From contig JBHENF010000256.1 of the NCBI GenBank assembly GCA_046262175.1, forward strand, positions 1 through 50,803: a DNA stretch of 50,803 bases, in the 5' to 3' direction. Position numbers and translations under genes: made by a program. Below are positions 47,201 to 50,803 of this stretch, piece after piece; the first letter of the stretch is position 1; the number at the start of each line of letters is the position of its first letter. Origin of the DNA: Mycobacteriales bacterium (GTDB taxonomy: Bacteria > Actinomycetota > Actinomycetes > Mycobacteriales > SCTD01). The notes below the pieces were generated by a model that saw only the letters and a program-made list of their open reading frames with translations, made no database searches and was not told the origin of the DNA.

Positions 47201-50200
47201 AGCTGGGCGAGCCCGGCACGAGGGTGAGGACGGGCGCCGCCGGGGCGGTGGTGTCGAGCACGTACGTGCCGGTGGCCGCCGGCCCGGTGTTGCCGGCGGC
47301 GTCGACGGCGCGGACGGTCAGGGTGTAGGCGCCGTCCGGGAGGCCGGTGAGGTCGAGGCCGGCCGGGCTGGTGCACGGTCCCGTCTCGGCGATCACGGTG
47401 CTGCCGCGGGTGAGTCGGCACGAGCCGGTCGAGCCGGTCTCCGTGGTGAAGGCGATCGAGGGGGTGCGGCTGCGGCCGGGACCGCTCGGCTGCGTCACCA
47501 CGGGCGCCGGCGGCGCCGTCGTGTCGAGCACGTAGGTGCCGGTGCCGACGGCGCTCACGTTGCCGGCGACGTCGGTGCTGCGGACCGACAGGACGTACTC
47601 GCCGTCGACCGTGACCGGCGTCGTCAGGGGCAGGGTGCACGGCGTGAAGTCGAGCTGGCCGGTGAAGCGGCACTCGGTGGTGCTGCCGGCCTCGGTGACC
47701 GCTGACCACGACGGGGACAGGTTGCGACCCGGCGTCTGCGGCGGCGTCACGACCGGGGTGGCGGGGGCCGTCGTGTCCAGCACGTAGCCGCCGGAGGTGC
47801 CTGCGGGGCCGACGTTCCTGGCCGCGTCGGACAGCCGGACCGACAGCATCCAGGTGCCGTCGGCCGGCAGCGTCGGTGCGTACGGGGAGCTGCAGGCGAC
47901 CCAGCCGCCGGCGGTCGCGCCGTCCTTCGCGGCGGCGCACTCTGCCGTGGCGCCGAGCTCGCCGGTCCAGGAGAAGACGGGGTTGCGGTTCTGCGACGGG
48001 CCGGCCGGGCCGGTCACGACCGGAGCGGTCGGCGGTGTCGTGTCGAAGGTGTAGGCGGTCGAGCTGCCCGTCGCCGTGTTGCCGGCGGCGTCCTTGGACA
48101 CGACGGTCAGCACGTAGTCGCCGTCGGTGCTGAGGGCGGCGGTGTACGAGGTGCTGCACGGGCTCGCCGGTGCGACGACCGTGCTGCCGCGGCGCAGCTC
48201 GCAGGTGCCGCTCGTGTCGGCGTCGATGACCACGCCGAAGACGGGCGCCGCGTTGCTCGACGGGCTCGTCGGCACCGTGACCACCGGAAGGGTCGGCAGC
48301 TTGGTGTCGAGCAGGTAGGCAGCGGAGTGGCCTTCGGCGCCGGTGTTCTTGTACGGGTCGGTGAGGCGCACGTCGAGGACGTAGCTGCCGTCACCGCTGA
48401 ACGCGACCGCCTTCGGGAAGGTGCAGCTCGCCCAAGGGCTGACGACGGCGCCGTCCCTGCGCAGCTGGCACTCGGCGGTGAACGCCTCGTTCGGGCCCAT
48501 GATCGAGTAGCTGCCGGAGGTGACGTTGCCGGTGGTGGGCAGGTTGCTCGAGACGGTGGGGATGCCGGCCGGCGGCGTCGTGTCGAGGAAGTAGTCCACC
48601 GACGTGGCCGAGCCGCCGACGTTGCCGTACCTGTCCTTGAGCGTCACGGTCAGCGTGTAGACGCCGTCGCCTGCGGTGAGCTTCGTGCCGTACGAGCCGC
48701 TGGTGCAGGGCTCGTTGACGACGACGGTCCCGGCGTACGTCACCGTGCAGACGGAGGTGGCGAGGTTCTCGAAGGTCCAGGTCCAGCTGACGTCGGCGAC
48801 GTTGGCGCGGCCGGACGGGGAGGTCGTGAAGACCGGCGCGGCGGGACCGGTGACGTCGAGGTGGTACTCGGGGCTGAGGCCCTCGATGCTGACGTTCTTC
48901 GCGGCGTCCGTGGAGGTGACGGCAACGCGGTAGTACGCGTCGACCTTCGGCAGGGTCACGTCCCAGCCGGTGGTCGAGCAGGTCGTGCTGGTGGACACGA
49001 CGACCCAGTTGGTCGCTGTGAGGTCGCGCGACGACAGGGTGCAGGTCGACGTCGTGCCGGCTTCCTTGGGCGTGATCGTGTAGTGCACGGCCTGGACGTT
49101 GCTCTCGGCGGACGGCCCGTCCACTGCCGGCGCGTCCGGCGCGACGGTGTCGAGCAGGTACGTCGGCCCGTCGGTGACGGTGGCGTTGAGAGCCTGGTCC
49201 GTCTGCGTGACCTCGAGCAGGTAGGTGGTGCCGGGCGTGCTCTTGGCGAGCTGCTCGGTACGTGGGCTCGTGCACTTCAGGCTCGTGTTGACGAGTGTTC
49301 GCGTCGTCCCGGTGACGGAGTACAGCCGGCAGTCCGTGGTGATCCCGGTGGTCTCCGTCTGCGTCCACGTCCACGTCTGGGTGGTCGCGTTGCCGGTGAC
49401 CGGGATCGGGCTGAACGTCATCGCGCCCGGGACCTGGCGGTCGAGGAAGTACGGTTCGCTGGACACTACCGGCGTCGTCCGGTTGTCGAGGTCGTCGGCG
49501 GCCACGACATCGAGGCGGTACTGCCCGTCCGTCGTCAGCGTGGTGCTGAAGGCGCCGGTCGCGTCCGCGGGCGGGGTCGTGGTGGCGGGCGCCGTGGTGC
49601 AGTCGGTCCAGGTCGCCGTCGTGGTGTCGTCGTCCTTGACGAGCCGGCAGTAGAGCTTGGCCGTGTCGCTGCTCGAGCCGGTGATCGTCCAGCTGACCGC
49701 GGTGCTCTGGCTGTAGCCGCGGGAGCCGACGACGGTCGGGACGCCGGGAGCCGTGGTGTCGAGGACGTACGGGTACGGGTCGACGAGCTCGCCGGTGGAG
49801 CTGCTGCTGTCGTTCGGGTTGCCGGCCAGGTCGACCACCTTCACCTGGAGGGCGAAGGTGCCGTCGCCGAGGCCGGTGAGGTCCGCCGTGTAGCTGCGGT
49901 CGCACGGGGTCCAGCCGGTCTGCGCCGTGTCGACGCCACCCGTGCGCTTTACCAGTCGGCACTGCGAGCTGCTCAGCGCCTCGGACGGCGTGAAGGTCCA
50001 GGTCACGGTCGTGCTCGTCCCGCGCGCCGGTGTCGGTGCGGTGAAGGAGACGGTCGGCGCGGTCTGGTCGAGTCGGTACGCGACATCGGTGCTCGGGCTG
50101 GTGTTGCCGGCCGCGTCCTTCTGCGTGACGGAAAGCGTGTAGGTGCCGTCCTTCGCCGGCAGGGCCGGCGCGTACCCGGTCGAGCACGGCCCCGTGGCCG

Positions 50201-50803
50201 GCAGCGGGCTTCCGCCGTCGGAGGTGGCCCACGAGCAGGTGAAGGTGGTGCCGGTCGCCTCACCGGTGATCGTCCAGGTGGGCGCGAGGTTGTTGGACGG
50301 GTTGCTGCGTGTCGACACAGTTGGCTTCAGCGGGACGCCGGTGTCCACCCGTACCTCGGGGCTCAGGGAGTCGGTGCTGTTCTTCGCCGCGTCGGTCAAC
50401 GTGACCGCGAGCTGCCACGCGCCGTCGGCGGGCACGGTGGTCGTGTACGGCGACGTGCAGGCGGTCGGCGTCGGCCACACGGTCGGCGCGGCGAGCTGGC
50501 GGAGCTGACAGGTGGCCGTCAGCCCGCTCTCCGGCGCGGTCCAGGACCACGCCACCGCGCGGGTCGGGCTGTCGCCGTTGGAGCCGGTGACGGTGAAGGC
50601 GTCCGGCGCGATGTTGTCGTACGTGTAGGTCGCGGAACCGGTCCCGAAGAACGTCGTCTCAGGGTCGGTCACCGTGACCGTGAGGGTCGACGTGCCCTGG
50701 GTGCCGCTGACCGTGACCGGCATCGTGCACGGGACGCTGTACGCCCTCGTGCTGTTCGGGTCCGTCAGGGTGCAGCTGAGGGTGGCGGTGCTCGGCGTGG
50801 GGG
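44271..50803 (-). CDS. Giant Ig-like-domain repeat surface protein with a C-terminal TM anchor. The 5' end lies beyond the window.
   Basis: The frame is open from 50803 down to the stop at 44271. The ATG at 50723 is internal, because the repeat continues upstream (…ATLSCTLTDPNSTRAYSVPCT-MPVTVSG). There are at least 22 repeats of about 85-95 aa following the pattern P..W.F....C.L......W..C.SPYT..L...DG.Y.L.V...D.AGN....Y.LDT.AP. The C-terminal TM is LPLALLFIVVLFLLV (44391-44435). Confidence 0.85.

Noticed and set aside
50721-50723. ATG given by the ORF track as the start of the giant gene
   Set aside because: The frame stays open to the window edge. The upstream 26 codons continue the repeat pattern (…ATLSCTLTDPNSTRAYSVPCT), so this Met is internal.
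44780-50803. Regular periodicity of about 270 bp that could be mistaken for a repeat array or CRISPR-like structure
   Set aside because: The periodicity is at the protein level, from Ig-like domains within one continuous high-GC3 ORF. The DNA units are diverged and there are no short conserved direct repeats with unique spacers.

Overview
This window is a high-GC actinobacterial chromosome segment (roughly 70%+ GC by eye). The gene content suggests Actinomycetota, possibly Propionibacteriales or Nocardioidaceae-like, but that placement is low confidence. It is densely coding, with about 50 genes, and many are translationally coupled through ATGA or GTGA overlaps. I saw no transposase, integrase, prophage or CRISPR array.

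The right half carries the conserved origin-proximal cell-division and signalling block known from Mycobacterium and Streptomyces. In order it contains tRNA-Leu, fhaA, fhaB, pstP, rodA, pbpA, pknA and pknB. Convergent to these lie trpG, an acyl-CoA ligase, a class E sortase, a DUF881 gene, crgA, a thiolase, a PH-domain protein, a rhomboid protease and ppiA. The left half is mostly housekeeping and metabolism:
- bpa, serS and pheA
- larB and larC
- SDRs
- a heme-oxygenase-like redox enzyme followed by arcA
- a cytosolic GAF-PAS histidine kinase
- nei
- a pncB-pncA-nrtR NAD salvage operon

The right edge holds a giant gene of more than 2170 codons that is 5'-truncated by the window. It encodes at least 22 Cys-pair Ig-like repeats and a C-terminal TM anchor. 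Its stop overlaps the start codon of a membrane GAF-GGDEF diguanylate cyclase (ATGA).

The observations most worth a second look are:
1. A four-copy family of a 46-bp bipartite palindrome (TTGCC-N5-GGCAA twice, always in a 29-bp register). All copies lie in co-directional intergenic spacers. Two are tandem upstream of an XRE-family gene whose C-terminal domain I could not place.
2. The coupled pair of giant Ig-repeat protein and diguanylate cyclase.
3. An acyl-CoA ligase carrying histone-H1/HU-tail-like Lys/Ala-rich extensions at both termini.
4. A heme-oxygenase-like enzyme gene immediately upstream of arcA.
5. Three genes whose conserved-looking N-termini have no canonical start codon.

All product calls come from motif and family recognition by eye. 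No database search was run, and start codons are often ambiguous in this GC-rich DNA.
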